Assembly (NCBI GenBank): GCA_003193925.1
Contig: PSPG01000012.1
Coordinates: forward strand, 1-64,000
Length of the DNA: 64,000 nt
Reading direction: 5' to 3'
Source: Candidatus Thalassarchaeum betae
Lineage (GTDB): Archaea > Thermoplasmatota > Poseidoniia > Poseidoniales > Thalassarchaeaceae
Position 1 is the first letter of the stretch. Every line of letters begins with the position of its first letter. The position numbers and the translations under genes were made by a program. Positions 18,677 to 27,625 of this stretch are shown piece by piece. The notes below the pieces were generated by a model. That model had not been told where the DNA came from. It was given only the letters and a program-made list of their open reading frames with translations, and made no database searches.

Positions 18677-19555
18677 TCAGAGCGCAAAGTGTTGCCCCTG
18701 TTTGCCCACCTGCCACCCTAGGTCAGAGACCTCATCGACCTGGTTCGAGCCCGACTCGAGTAGCGGGTTGGAGTGGTTCAGGTGGATGAAGTGGATCTCA
18801 GGGTCCTCCTCGACCCTCTCACCCAGTCTAGCGATGCTCTCGGTGACCGTTGGATGGGGTATCTGCGACATGTCGCGCCCGGGCAGCTCGTCGGAGTCCC
18901 AGAACGAGCCGTCGACGAGCGCGACGTCGATGCCGAGATCGGACAGCCACTGGCGTATCGAGTTCGCGCCGTGTCTGGCCAGTGTCTGCCCCCAGTCGTC
19001 GTGATCCGGCAAGAACAGCAGGGAGCGCGCCGGCCCCCTGATGACGATGGCGTGGGTGTCGGCGAGCTCATCCCTGTGGGGGACGGGCACGAACTCCAGT
19101 TCGAAGCCGCAGCCGGTGCACGGCTGGAATCCCTCCATCGAGGCGACCTCAGATGGACTGAAGGGCGATAGCGAGCCCCTGCTACCCAGTTCCTCAATCA
19201 CAGAACGGCTCGCGAAAAGAGGCAAGCCGGAGCAGCCCATAACCTCGTCGCCGAATTGCCTGAGTCCGTCGACGTGACCGCAGTGGACGTGCGTCAGGCT
19301 GACCGTGTCGGGCCGAGCCACGCCGTCTACTCCGAGGGCCTCGGCCCACAGTCTCATCTGGTCAGACAGCGCTCGGCTCGCTTCGATCAGGTGCAGGCTG
19401 CCGTCGCTGCCCCGCACCCCACAGGCGACCGGGTGCCTGCGGAGCGAATGGTCCGCGTGCGCGGCCATGCATCTGGGGCACGAGCACCCAGCATGGGGCA
19501 CGCCCCCGTCCTGCGCTGTACCTAGCAGGACCAGCGACACTCCGGCGTCTGGCAT
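18677..19555 (-). CDS. PqqB-like metallo-beta-lactamase-fold hydrolase
   Basis: LGTAQDGGVPHAGCSC..C, THVHCGHVDG, VPHRDE, DGSF, HP, IHLNHSNP. Confidence 0.8.
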   Translation of the reverse strand: MPDAGVSLVLLGTAQDGGVPHAGCSCPRCMAAHADHSLRRHPVACGVRGSDGSLHLIEASRALSDQMRLWAEALGVDGVARPDTVSLTHVHCGHVDGLRQFGDEVMGCSGLPLFASRSVIEELGSRGSLSPFSPSEVASMEGFQPCTGCGFELEFVPVPHRDELADTHAIVIRGPARSLLFLPDHDDWGQTLARHGANSIRQWLSDLGIDVALVDGSFWDSDELPGRDMSQIPHPTVTESIARLGERVEEDPEIHFIHLNHSNPLLESGSNQVDEVSDLGWQVGKQGQHFAL

Positions 19556-19653
19556 CGCTTGGCGGTGAACAACATCGGAAATGAAGCAGTCGGGTGCCGA
19601 AATCGAGCGTGTTGTTCCGATGGAGCCATGAACCGGACCGGTATTTGCGGGTC

Positions 19654-20832
19654 ATGGCGGCCGACCTGTCGTGGATGCGGGAGCGCTACGAGCAACTGCG
19701 CTCGCAGGGACTCGACTGGAACCCTCCGACGCTGCAATCGGCCAGCGAGCCGCGTTGCATCATAGACGGTCAGGAGATGATCATGCTCTCGGCTAACAAT
19801 TACCTTAATCTCGCGACTCACCCCAAGGTGGTCGAGGCCTCGATCGAGGCCACTAGGAAGTACGGGGTGGGCTCGGGCTCGGTCAGGGCCATCGCGGGAA
19901 CCCTCGAGCTCCACTTGGAGGCGGAGCGCGTCTGCGCCCTGTTCAAGGAGGTCGAGGCGGCGTTGATCTACTCGTCTGGATACACGGCGAACGTCGGACT
20001 CATTCCCACGCTGGTGCGTGGCGCCGAGGACGTCATCATCTCCGACGAACTCAACCACGGCTCCATCATCGACGGCGTCCGCCTGACCAAGGCCTCGCGA
20101 GCCGTCTACCAGCACAACGACATGGCTGCGCTCGAGCATGTACTCAAGGAGCACAATGGCAGCGAGAGGAAACTGATCATCAGCGACGGCGTGTTCAGCA
20201 TGGACGGCGACATCGCACCGCTCGTCGAGATCACCGAGCTCGCCGAGGAACACGACGCGATGATATTCGTCGACGACTGCCACGGCGAGGGTGTCCTCGG
20301 CGACGGCCGCGGCATCGTCGCGCATTTCGGCCTGCAGGGCCGCGTGACCTTCGAGATCGGTTCCTACTCCAAGGCCCTAGGCGTGCAGGGCGGCATCGTC
20401 GCAGGCAGCGAGGATGTCCGCACGCACGCGCTTAACCACAGCCGCTCCTGGCTGCTCTCGGGAAGCCAGCCGCCTGGCGTCGCCGCCGCCCAGAAGGCGG
20501 CTGTCGAAGTGCTGATGTCAGAGCCCGAGCACGTTCAGAGGCTGTGGGAGAACACTGATTACTTCCGCGGCGAACTCGACTCTCTGGGCTTCGACACCGG
20601 AGTGAGCGAGACGCCCATCATCCCCGTGATGTGCGGCGAGAGCCGGCTGGCGCAGGACCTCTCGGCAGAACTGCGAAAGGTAGGTGTCATGGTCGGCGCC
20701 ATCGTGTTCCCGATGGTGGCGCGCGACAAGGCTCGAGTCAGGACGCAGATGTCCGCGGGACTGACCCGCGAGGACATCGACGACGTCTTGGGCAAATTCG
20801 AGTCTTGCGGGCGCGTGTTGGGACTAATCTGA
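19654..20832 (+). CDS. Glycine C-acetyltransferase / 8-amino-7-oxononanoate synthase family PLP enzyme
   Basis: ANNYLNLA, SDELNHGSIIDG, DGVFSMDGD, VDDCH, GSYSKALG. Confidence 0.9.
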   Translation: MAADLSWMRERYEQLRSQGLDWNPPTLQSASEPRCIIDGQEMIMLSANNYLNLATHPKVVEASIEATRKYGVGSGSVRAIAGTLELHLEAERVCALFKEVEAALIYSSGYTANVGLIPTLVRGAEDVIISDELNHGSIIDGVRLTKASRAVYQHNDMAALEHVLKEHNGSERKLIISDGVFSMDGDIAPLVEITELAEEHDAMIFVDDCHGEGVLGDGRGIVAHFGLQGRVTFEIGSYSKALGVQGGIVAGSEDVRTHALNHSRSWLLSGSQPPGVAAAQKAAVEVLMSEPEHVQRLWENTDYFRGELDSLGFDTGVSETPIIPVMCGESRLAQDLSAELRKVGVMVGAIVFPMVARDKARVRTQMSAGLTREDIDDVLGKFESCGRVLGLI

Positions 20833-20841
20833 GGTACGGGC

Positions 20842-21291
20842 ATGGCAGATGGGCAAGACGGACTCGGTCGCTGGCCGATCAGCTGCGAACTGCCGGTCCA
20901 GTGGGGCGAGATGGACGCCCTGAAACACGTCAATCACACCGTCTTCGCCCGATGGATGGAGACGACCAGGATGTACTACTTCATCGCCTGCGGCTTCGTC
21001 GACCTGTTTGAGAAGGAAGGCGTCGGCCCCATCCTCGCCGGACTCAAGGTGGACTACCTCGCCCCGGTCAGATTCCCCGACAAAGTCACCGTGCACACAA
21101 CGATCACCAAAATCGGCTCTTCCTCGTTTGAGATGGACTACAGGATAACGAGCGCCGCTATGGGCGGCGAGACGGTAGCCACGGCCACCGTCTCGGGCGT
21201 CGTCTTCGACTACAATGCCAACCGCAGCACGCCTATGCCCGACAGCCTGCGAGCCAAGATATTGAAACTCGAGGCGAGCGGCAGCGGCTAA
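20842..21291 (+). CDS. Acyl-CoA thioesterase (4HBT/YbgC family)
   Basis: VQWGEMDALKHVNHTVFARWME..R hot-dog motif. Confidence 0.88.
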   Translation: MADGQDGLGRWPISCELPVQWGEMDALKHVNHTVFARWMETTRMYYFIACGFVDLFEKEGVGPILAGLKVDYLAPVRFPDKVTVHTTITKIGSSSFEMDYRITSAAMGGETVATATVSGVVFDYNANRSTPMPDSLRAKILKLEASGSG

Positions 21292-21911
21292 CTCGAGGCT
21301 TCGACCACTTCGTCGAGCTCCTCGTCGTCAGCCTCGGCGGCATCGTCAGCGGGAGCCTCGTCTATCGTCTTGCGCATGCCTTCGAAGGGCATCAGGCCGC
21401 GGTCCAGCCTGTCCAGTATCCTCCATCTGGGAGCGTACGACAGATGGATGTAGAGAGGCCCGGGGAAGACGAAGAAGAACCACCCGAGCCAAGTGGCGTA
21501 CTCGGGTATCTCGTTCATCATCGAGACCGAGAGTATGACCAGTCCGACGAAGGGGAACGGGAACAGGTACCTGCGGCGGTTCTCAAGGCGAATCGGAGGG
21601 CGCTTGACGGCCGAGACAACGAGGGACGAGAAACCTCCGAGAAAAGCGGTCATCGTCACCAGGATGAGCGTCTGCAGCCCCCATTCTCGGATTATCTCTC
21701 CCAGCTCATTCCCTTCCGCATTCCCTTGGTATCCGTATGGAAGCAGAAGGGTCAGCCCGATCAGCAGACCGTAGAAACCACCTACGAACACCGGGTGGGA
21801 GGTGGTCAGGGGGTAACGCAGGAACATCCGGCTCAGCGAGCCGCCCTCCAGCATGTGCCTATGGGCAGGGTCGAGTTCGTCGAGCTTGTCACGCCAGCCA
21901 GACACGACCAT
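21288..21911 (-). CDS. Hypothetical membrane protein
   Basis: About 4 TM segments and an acidic tail; coding-like codon usage. Start uncertain. Confidence 0.6.
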   Translation of the reverse strand: MVVSGWRDKLDELDPAHRHMLEGGSLSRMFLRYPLTTSHPVFVGGFYGLLIGLTLLLPYGYQGNAEGNELGEIIREWGLQTLILVTMTAFLGGFSSLVVSAVKRPPIRLENRRRYLFPFPFVGLVILSVSMMNEIPEYATWLGWFFFVFPGPLYIHLSYAPRWRILDRLDRGLMPFEGMRKTIDEAPADDAAEADDEELDEVVEASS

Positions 21912-21967
21912 GCGCGCAGACGCTTCAACTATCATCATTGCGGGCGCAAACCGTCGTTTTTCGACCC

Positions 21968-22402
21968 TCAGACTGAATTCCAACCACCACTTAGTTTGAC
22001 GGAGTCGGTCGGCAGACCCCACTTTGGTTCGTCGGCGGCAGCGTCTCTGATGAAAGGCGCCAATTCGACTCGCAGTCTAGCGATGTCGACCCCCCAGATT
22101 CCGTGCTCGACTCCACCGAGCCTCCTAATCAGCTTCGAAGCCATGTTCACGACGCCTCGGACCTTGCTGCGCTCGTAGTTGTACAATAACGCCGCGCACT
22201 GTATCATGCCTTGGACGGCGTCGATCTCCGCTCTGCACTCGCGAGGCTTGAGTCCCTTCCAGAGATCCTCCCAAGATTCGTGCGCGTGCCAGAACTCAGC
22301 CTGGTCGAAGAGCTCGCAGCCTTCGATGAACAGCCCTTGCTCCTCCTCGGACAACTCACTCCAGTCAAGCAGTGTCGAGTCGTGTGGCACGGGTGCACTC
22401 AT
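21968..22402 (-). CDS. DUF309 family protein
   Basis: G.ELF...EFWHAHESWEDLW..QGMIQCAA. Confidence 0.85.
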   Translation of the reverse strand: MSAPVPHDSTLLDWSELSEEEQGLFIEGCELFDQAEFWHAHESWEDLWKGLKPRECRAEIDAVQGMIQCAALLYNYERSKVRGVVNMASKLIRRLGGVEHGIWGVDIARLRVELAPFIRDAAADEPKWGLPTDSVKLSGGWNSV

Positions 22403-22482
22403 TCCGCCTCGCCTCTCACTGATTCTATTGTCGGAGAAGTTATCACGTGTTCCCCTCTAGGTGCAATGGTTGGAGCATTAAC

Positions 22483-23664
22483 ATGGGTGAGGAGGACACG
22501 CTCTACACAATAACAGAGGCCGATCTGGACTCCGGCCTGAGAGGAGTTCCGGTAGGAACCTGCAGGACTTCCTACGTCGACCCGATTGAGGGCGTCCACT
22601 ACGTCGGCTATCCTGTGGGAGACCTAGCCAACCTCGAGGAGGAGGACGTGATTTACCTCCTGATGCACAAGCATCTGCCCACACCAGAGGAGTCCAAGGC
22701 GTTCCACGCTGAACTCGCACAAAGGGCCGAGGGGATTCCTACCGGTGCGCTGCGCGTGCTAGAGTCGCTGACCCCGGGCAGCGGCCACCCGATGGACTGG
22801 CTCGCAATCGGGATCATGGCACTAGGCGCCGCTGACACTCATGCCCGAAGGCCCGGAAACGCACGGGCCGACTCGATGAACCTCATCTCTAGGATGCCCG
22901 AGCTGATGGCCCGGATCTTCCTGCTCCGAGGAGGCAGGCCAGGGGAACTCAGGCCACGCAAGCCCGAGCTCGGCCTGGTCGAGAACTTCGTCCATATGCT
23001 GGGCGTCGAGGGCGCCGAGGCCGAGCGGATGGAGCGTATGCTTCGATTCTTCTTCATTCTGCACATGGACCACGGTGGCGGCAACCTCTCGACCTTCTCC
23101 GGGAAGGCCGTGGCCAGCGGCCGTGCCTCGATCTACGTTTCTATCGCCAGCGCGATGAACGCACTGTCGGGGCCTCTGCACGGCCGCGCCAACCAGGCTT
23201 GCCTCGAGTTCGTACAGAGGATAGGGACCTCGGATCCCGATGAGATCGAGGCCTTCGTGCGCTCGGAACTGGCAGCCCGACGACCGATCTATGGCTTCGG
23301 GCACGGCGTGCTACGCGCCGAGGATCCCCGCGCCAGGCTCCTGTTCGAGCTCGGAGAGGAGATATGCCCTGATGATGAGAACTTCCGGATCGTCACCGCG
23401 CTCCGAGAGGTCGTCCCCCCTATCCTCAAGGAGATACCCAAGATCAGCAACCCGTACCCGAATGTCGACCTAGCCAGCGGCAGCCTGCTGCACTCCGTGG
23501 GATTCCACAAGCCCGACTACTATACGACCTTCTTCGGCTGGGCCCGAGTCGCTGGGATCTGCGCGCAGATACTCGACGAGCGCAGCGCGCGCGACGGCCG
23601 CGGCACCCCGATCTACAGGCCGAAGTACATCCCGAGGGAGCAGCCGCACCGACGCCTAGAGTGA
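22483..23664 (+). CDS. gltA: Citrate synthase family protein
   Basis: GLRGVPVG, LHMDHGGGNLSTF, LSGPLHGRANQ, GFGHGVLRAEDPR, YPNVD, IYRPK. Confidence 0.9.
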   Translation: MGEEDTLYTITEADLDSGLRGVPVGTCRTSYVDPIEGVHYVGYPVGDLANLEEEDVIYLLMHKHLPTPEESKAFHAELAQRAEGIPTGALRVLESLTPGSGHPMDWLAIGIMALGAADTHARRPGNARADSMNLISRMPELMARIFLLRGGRPGELRPRKPELGLVENFVHMLGVEGAEAERMERMLRFFFILHMDHGGGNLSTFSGKAVASGRASIYVSIASAMNALSGPLHGRANQACLEFVQRIGTSDPDEIEAFVRSELAARRPIYGFGHGVLRAEDPRARLLFELGEEICPDDENFRIVTALREVVPPILKEIPKISNPYPNVDLASGSLLHSVGFHKPDYYTTFFGWARVAGICAQILDERSARDGRGTPIYRPKYIPREQPHRRLE

Positions 23665-24771
23665 TCAGTCGGTGACACCCGCCCCGCGGTGCCCGATCAG
23701 CCTCGGACTGCCCCATGGAAGGCCCCCCTCGGCCTCTGCAGCCCATTTGTCCTCCGAGCCTGTCCAGAACATGCGCCGCCCCTGCTCGACGACTATGCCC
23801 CTCCTCCGCGAGACTCCCGATTCGGACCAAGTGGGCAGGGATTCGCCGGCCTCCTTGATGAGGTCGGCACGTTCCGAGTCCGCAGCAGCATCGAGGCGCT
23901 CTCGCCACTCCTCGTCGAGCGGCTGGCTGGCAGGCCTCGACCAGCGCGCCCCGCCGTCCGGCAACGAGACGACGCGCGGGTCCATGTTGTCGGATATGAG
24001 CGAGAATCCCGCTTCCAGCATCGAAGCCTCGAGTTCCAGCGGTGCGGGCCAGACATGCAGCCCCATCCCGGCTCGAGCCCTGTTGAGGCGCTCGAGGCCG
24101 CCACCACGGATTGCCATCGGCGTTCCGAGGTGTAGGAAGCGCTCCCACCCTTGCAGGTACTGGAGGGCCATCGCTAGAGCCGGCATCCCCTCCTTGCGGT
24201 GCTGTTTAATCAGGCCAGTGACCGTGCTGCGCATGAAGTTCGGAGTCCCGACGAGTCGCTTGATCCGATTGCTGCCCCAAGGTCTGAGGTAGGGGGATAG
24301 TCGAGTCACCGGAAACTCGAATCCGACTGACTTGGCGACAGGTCCGATCCTCGGGCTGAAGCTGTAAACCAGCGCGGACCTGTCGGGGAGATCGAATGGC
24401 CCCAACTTCTCCTCAAGGAGCCTCATCATGGCTCTCAGATAACCATCGACATCGTCTATCTGAGCGGCTGGGTGCGGCACTTTGAACTCGATGTTCGCAG
24501 TCTTGCCACCGGCCTGCCAGGCATCTGTGAACGGCCTCTGTGAGAGCAACCCGTCGAATGTCACGATGCCATGCGAGCGTAGTTCGTCCGTCCCCATCCT
24601 CTCTATGCTCCTCTCAGATTTGGGCCCCTCCCCGGGAACCAGCTCGTTGTGGTAGACCACGAAATCGCCGTCGCTGCTGAGACGAAGGTCGAACTCGACT
24701 CCGTCTGCGAACTGCATGCCATGCAGCAGGGCATCGATGGAATTCTCCTTGGGTTGGTTCCAGGCAGTCAT
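23665..24771 (-). CDS. Glycerophosphodiester phosphodiesterase (GDPD) family protein, circularly permuted
   Basis: The N-terminus starts at ENSIDAL..GVEFDLRLSSDGDFVVYH and includes NIEFK, YSF and LISD; the usual N-terminal motif (RLIGHRGA) is at the extreme C-terminus. Confidence 0.8.
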   Translation of the reverse strand: MTAWNQPKENSIDALLHGMQFADGVEFDLRLSSDGDFVVYHNELVPGEGPKSERSIERMGTDELRSHGIVTFDGLLSQRPFTDAWQAGGKTANIEFKVPHPAAQIDDVDGYLRAMMRLLEEKLGPFDLPDRSALVYSFSPRIGPVAKSVGFEFPVTRLSPYLRPWGSNRIKRLVGTPNFMRSTVTGLIKQHRKEGMPALAMALQYLQGWERFLHLGTPMAIRGGGLERLNRARAGMGLHVWPAPLELEASMLEAGFSLISDNMDPRVVSLPDGGARWSRPASQPLDEEWRERLDAAADSERADLIKEAGESLPTWSESGVSRRRGIVVEQGRRMFWTGSEDKWAAEAEGGLPWGSPRLIGHRGAGVTD

Positions 24772-24881
24772 GCCAACACCCCACGCGTGCAGTGACTAGT
24801 CCAAGAATGCAATGACGGGTCATGTTCGGGCTTTCCCCAATGCTCAAACCCTCGAACCTCCAGCGCCGCCTAGGTAATACC

Positions 24882-26819
24882 ATGTCGGACACAGTTGAAC
24901 TAGACCGCACCTCAGACCCCCGAGCAGTACGCGGATACGCATTCTACGATTGGGCTAAGTCGTCCTTCGAGACCAGCGTCACCACCGCTGTGCTGCCTGG
25001 ATGGTTCGCTTACATCTTCCTGAAGGCGAATGGGCTGGAGGCCACTGTCCTCGGGGTAGGAATTACCAGCGACGCAATCTGGTCCTACGGGGTGGCGTTT
25101 GCCGCTATCTTCGTCGCCATACTCGCTCCCTCCTTCGGCGTCATCGCCGACCGGCGCGCCATCAAGATGTGGTGGCTGAGGGTCCTGACCTATCTGGGGG
25201 CCGGGTCAACCTTCCTGCTCGCCTTCGCCCCGATGTTCGGAGTATCCCAACAGTGGGTCTGGCTGATGGTGATGTTCCTCATGGCGAACGTCGGCCTGAA
25301 CGGCGCGGGGGTGTTCTATAACGCAATCCTGCCCCATTTGGGCACCGACGACGAGATGGACGCCATCTCGAATAGGGCGTACGCCTATGGCTACCTCGGG
25401 GGCGGACTCCTGCTCGCGGTCCACCTTGTCTTGTTTAGCACAATCACCGGCGACTGGGTCATCCCGTTCATCATGGCCTCGTCCGGGGTGTGGTGGCTGG
25501 GATTCGCCTGCCTGACCTTCGCTTGGGTGCCTGAGCCGCCGATTGAGAACGAGATGGAGAGCCTCGGGGTCGCTGACTCCGCGAAACTGGCTATCAGCGA
25601 GTTGAAGAAGACCTTCGGCCAAGTCACGCGCTTCCGCACGCTATTCATCTACATGCTCGCCTACTTCTTCTTCATCGATGGCATCAACAGCGTCTCCGCC
25701 CTAGCTGGAATCTACGGAATCACCGTACTCGGCCTGACCATCGGGAATTTAATCGTCATCATCCTGATCATCCAGTTCGTGGCCGCGCCCTGTGCAATCG
25801 GCTTCACTATGCTCTCAAAGAGGACCTCCACGCACTACGCGCTCTCATTCTCACTGGTCATGTGGGTTGTCGTCATTGTCGGCGCGTTGGCCTTCGCTCC
25901 ACTGGCTCTCGATTCGCATGACGAGTACGACATCCAGTTCGACTGGGATATGGACGGTGATGGGATTACAGATGCGGACGACGACGATACCGACGGCGAC
26001 TGGTACAGCAACGCGGCAGAGACAGAGGCAGGCACTGACCCGCTGGATCCTGCCAGCACTCCCAACCCCAATCCATCACGATGGCTGCAGGAACGTCTGG
26101 CCGTAGCGGGGGGGTATGTGGTATCCGTCGGTGACAGCACCTACGATCGCGGCCTGTCTCAGAGCAATGAGGAACAGGCTTGGGCGTCCGAGTGGTCGAA
26201 TCTCCTCCCCTTGCACCTCGTCGAGAACGAAGCCGGGGATACGATCTACGAATTCGACGACCCCAGTGGTCCAGCGACAGCGGTCTTGGATGCCAGCGGA
26301 ATCTCCGGTTTCACCGCTACCTTCGACGAGGACAGCCGCTTCAGCATGAGCGTGCGAGGAGGGGATTTGGACGGCACCATTGCTCTGGGCGATGATCACC
26401 CCACGAGCCTGGGCGATGGCCCTCTGGATTTCGTATCAGATGCCGTTCGTGACGCTGCCTGGGAGCCCCTTGGCATAGGCGTTTTCGGGCAGTTCCTGAT
26501 GCTGGGCTGCATGGCAGGGGCTCTGCTGGGTGGCTCGCAGGGACTCGCACGCAGCATCTTCGGGCAGATGGTGCCCGAGACCCGCAGCGCCGAGTTCTTC
26601 GGCTTCTTCGGCTTCTTCGGCAGAGTGGCGGCGATCCTCGGGCCACTTCTGTACGGCACTCTCACAGTGATATACGACAGCAGAGTCGGGATAGCCAGCA
26701 TCTGCGTCCTGATCATCATCGGCTCGGTGATGATGAGGTGGGTCGATGTCGACGACGGTCGCCGTGCGGCTAGGGAAGAGGATGCCCGCAACCGCGGCAT
26801 CAGCCTTGAGTCCGAGTGA
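24882..26819 (+). CDS. MFS transporter (UMF1/Atg22-like) with large acidic extracytoplasmic insertion
   Basis: YDWAKSSF, VFYNAILP, GYLGGG, YFFFIDG, GGSQGLARS..VP..RSAEFFGF; an about 190-aa insert with DMDGDG..DTDGD..GTDPLD. Confidence 0.88.
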   Translation: MSDTVELDRTSDPRAVRGYAFYDWAKSSFETSVTTAVLPGWFAYIFLKANGLEATVLGVGITSDAIWSYGVAFAAIFVAILAPSFGVIADRRAIKMWWLRVLTYLGAGSTFLLAFAPMFGVSQQWVWLMVMFLMANVGLNGAGVFYNAILPHLGTDDEMDAISNRAYAYGYLGGGLLLAVHLVLFSTITGDWVIPFIMASSGVWWLGFACLTFAWVPEPPIENEMESLGVADSAKLAISELKKTFGQVTRFRTLFIYMLAYFFFIDGINSVSALAGIYGITVLGLTIGNLIVIILIIQFVAAPCAIGFTMLSKRTSTHYALSFSLVMWVVVIVGALAFAPLALDSHDEYDIQFDWDMDGDGITDADDDDTDGDWYSNAAETEAGTDPLDPASTPNPNPSRWLQERLAVAGGYVVSVGDSTYDRGLSQSNEEQAWASEWSNLLPLHLVENEAGDTIYEFDDPSGPATAVLDASGISGFTATFDEDSRFSMSVRGGDLDGTIALGDDHPTSLGDGPLDFVSDAVRDAAWEPLGIGVFGQFLMLGCMAGALLGGSQGLARSIFGQMVPETRSAEFFGFFGFFGRVAAILGPLLYGTLTVIYDSRVGIASICVLIIIGSVMMRWVDVDDGRRAAREEDARNRGISLESE

Positions 26820-27567
26820 GCCGGTCGATGACCAGTGCGAATTCGAGCAGGACCAGCATAGGCCCGCCGACCAGAAAGAGCGAGAGCGGGTCGGGCGGTG
26901 AGAGCAGCGCGCCCAGGAGCAGGGCGGAGAACCAGAGGACACGGCGGTTTTCAGTGATAGCAGAGCGCTCGATGACATCGTAACGCAGCAGCAGTAAGGT
27001 CGCAAGCGGGACTTGGAATCCCAGAACGGAGGCGAAGTACAACCCGATGATGAAGCCGATCCATGATTGCAATTGCCAAGTCGACTCGAGCCCGGCGGCA
27101 GCCGCGTCTTCGGCGAGGTACTGCAGCAGCATCGGGATCAGTATCTCGTGTGCGTACATCGCCCCCAGAGTTGCGAGAGCAAAGGAGCCGAGAATGACGA
27201 ACAGCAGCCCACCGAGGCCACCCCCGGTCGGCACGAACTTCCTCCGGTGCGCCTCGGAGATGATCGCGCGCCCGTTCCATCCGAGGTCGCACATCAGGGT
27301 GAGCACGACCAGAGCCATCCCCAGATTGGCTGCGATCCTCAGTCTGAGGAGGACGACCTCCATCGGCTGGAGTATGATGATTTGGACGCCGTCGGGCAGG
27401 TAGCCATCGGCTTGCAGCAGCCACCCGATGGCGTCTCCGGCGGCTGGATACCCACCGATGAAAGCCGCGAAGAACACCGCGACGAGCAGGTAGAGCCTGC
27501 GATACAGGTGCCCTACTAGACCGCGCAGCGCAGCTCGAGGGAGGATATCGACAGAGCCTTCGGCCAT
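26800..27567 (-). CDS. tatC: Twin-arginine translocase subunit TatC
   Basis: QPMEVVLLRLRIA, LGFQVP, NRR..WF, LSPPDPLSLFLVGGPMLVLLE. Confidence 0.82.
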   Translation of the reverse strand: MAEGSVDILPRAALRGLVGHLYRRLYLLVAVFFAAFIGGYPAAGDAIGWLLQADGYLPDGVQIIILQPMEVVLLRLRIAANLGMALVVLTLMCDLGWNGRAIISEAHRRKFVPTGGGLGGLLFVILGSFALATLGAMYAHEILIPMLLQYLAEDAAAAGLESTWQLQSWIGFIIGLYFASVLGFQVPLATLLLLRYDVIERSAITENRRVLWFSALLLGALLSPPDPLSLFLVGGPMLVLLEFALVIDRLTRTQG

Positions 27568-27625
27568 GTTGTGGCGTGGATGTCCTGTTCGTGAATACAT
27601 CGCAACGGCAACTCGCCTGGGCGCA

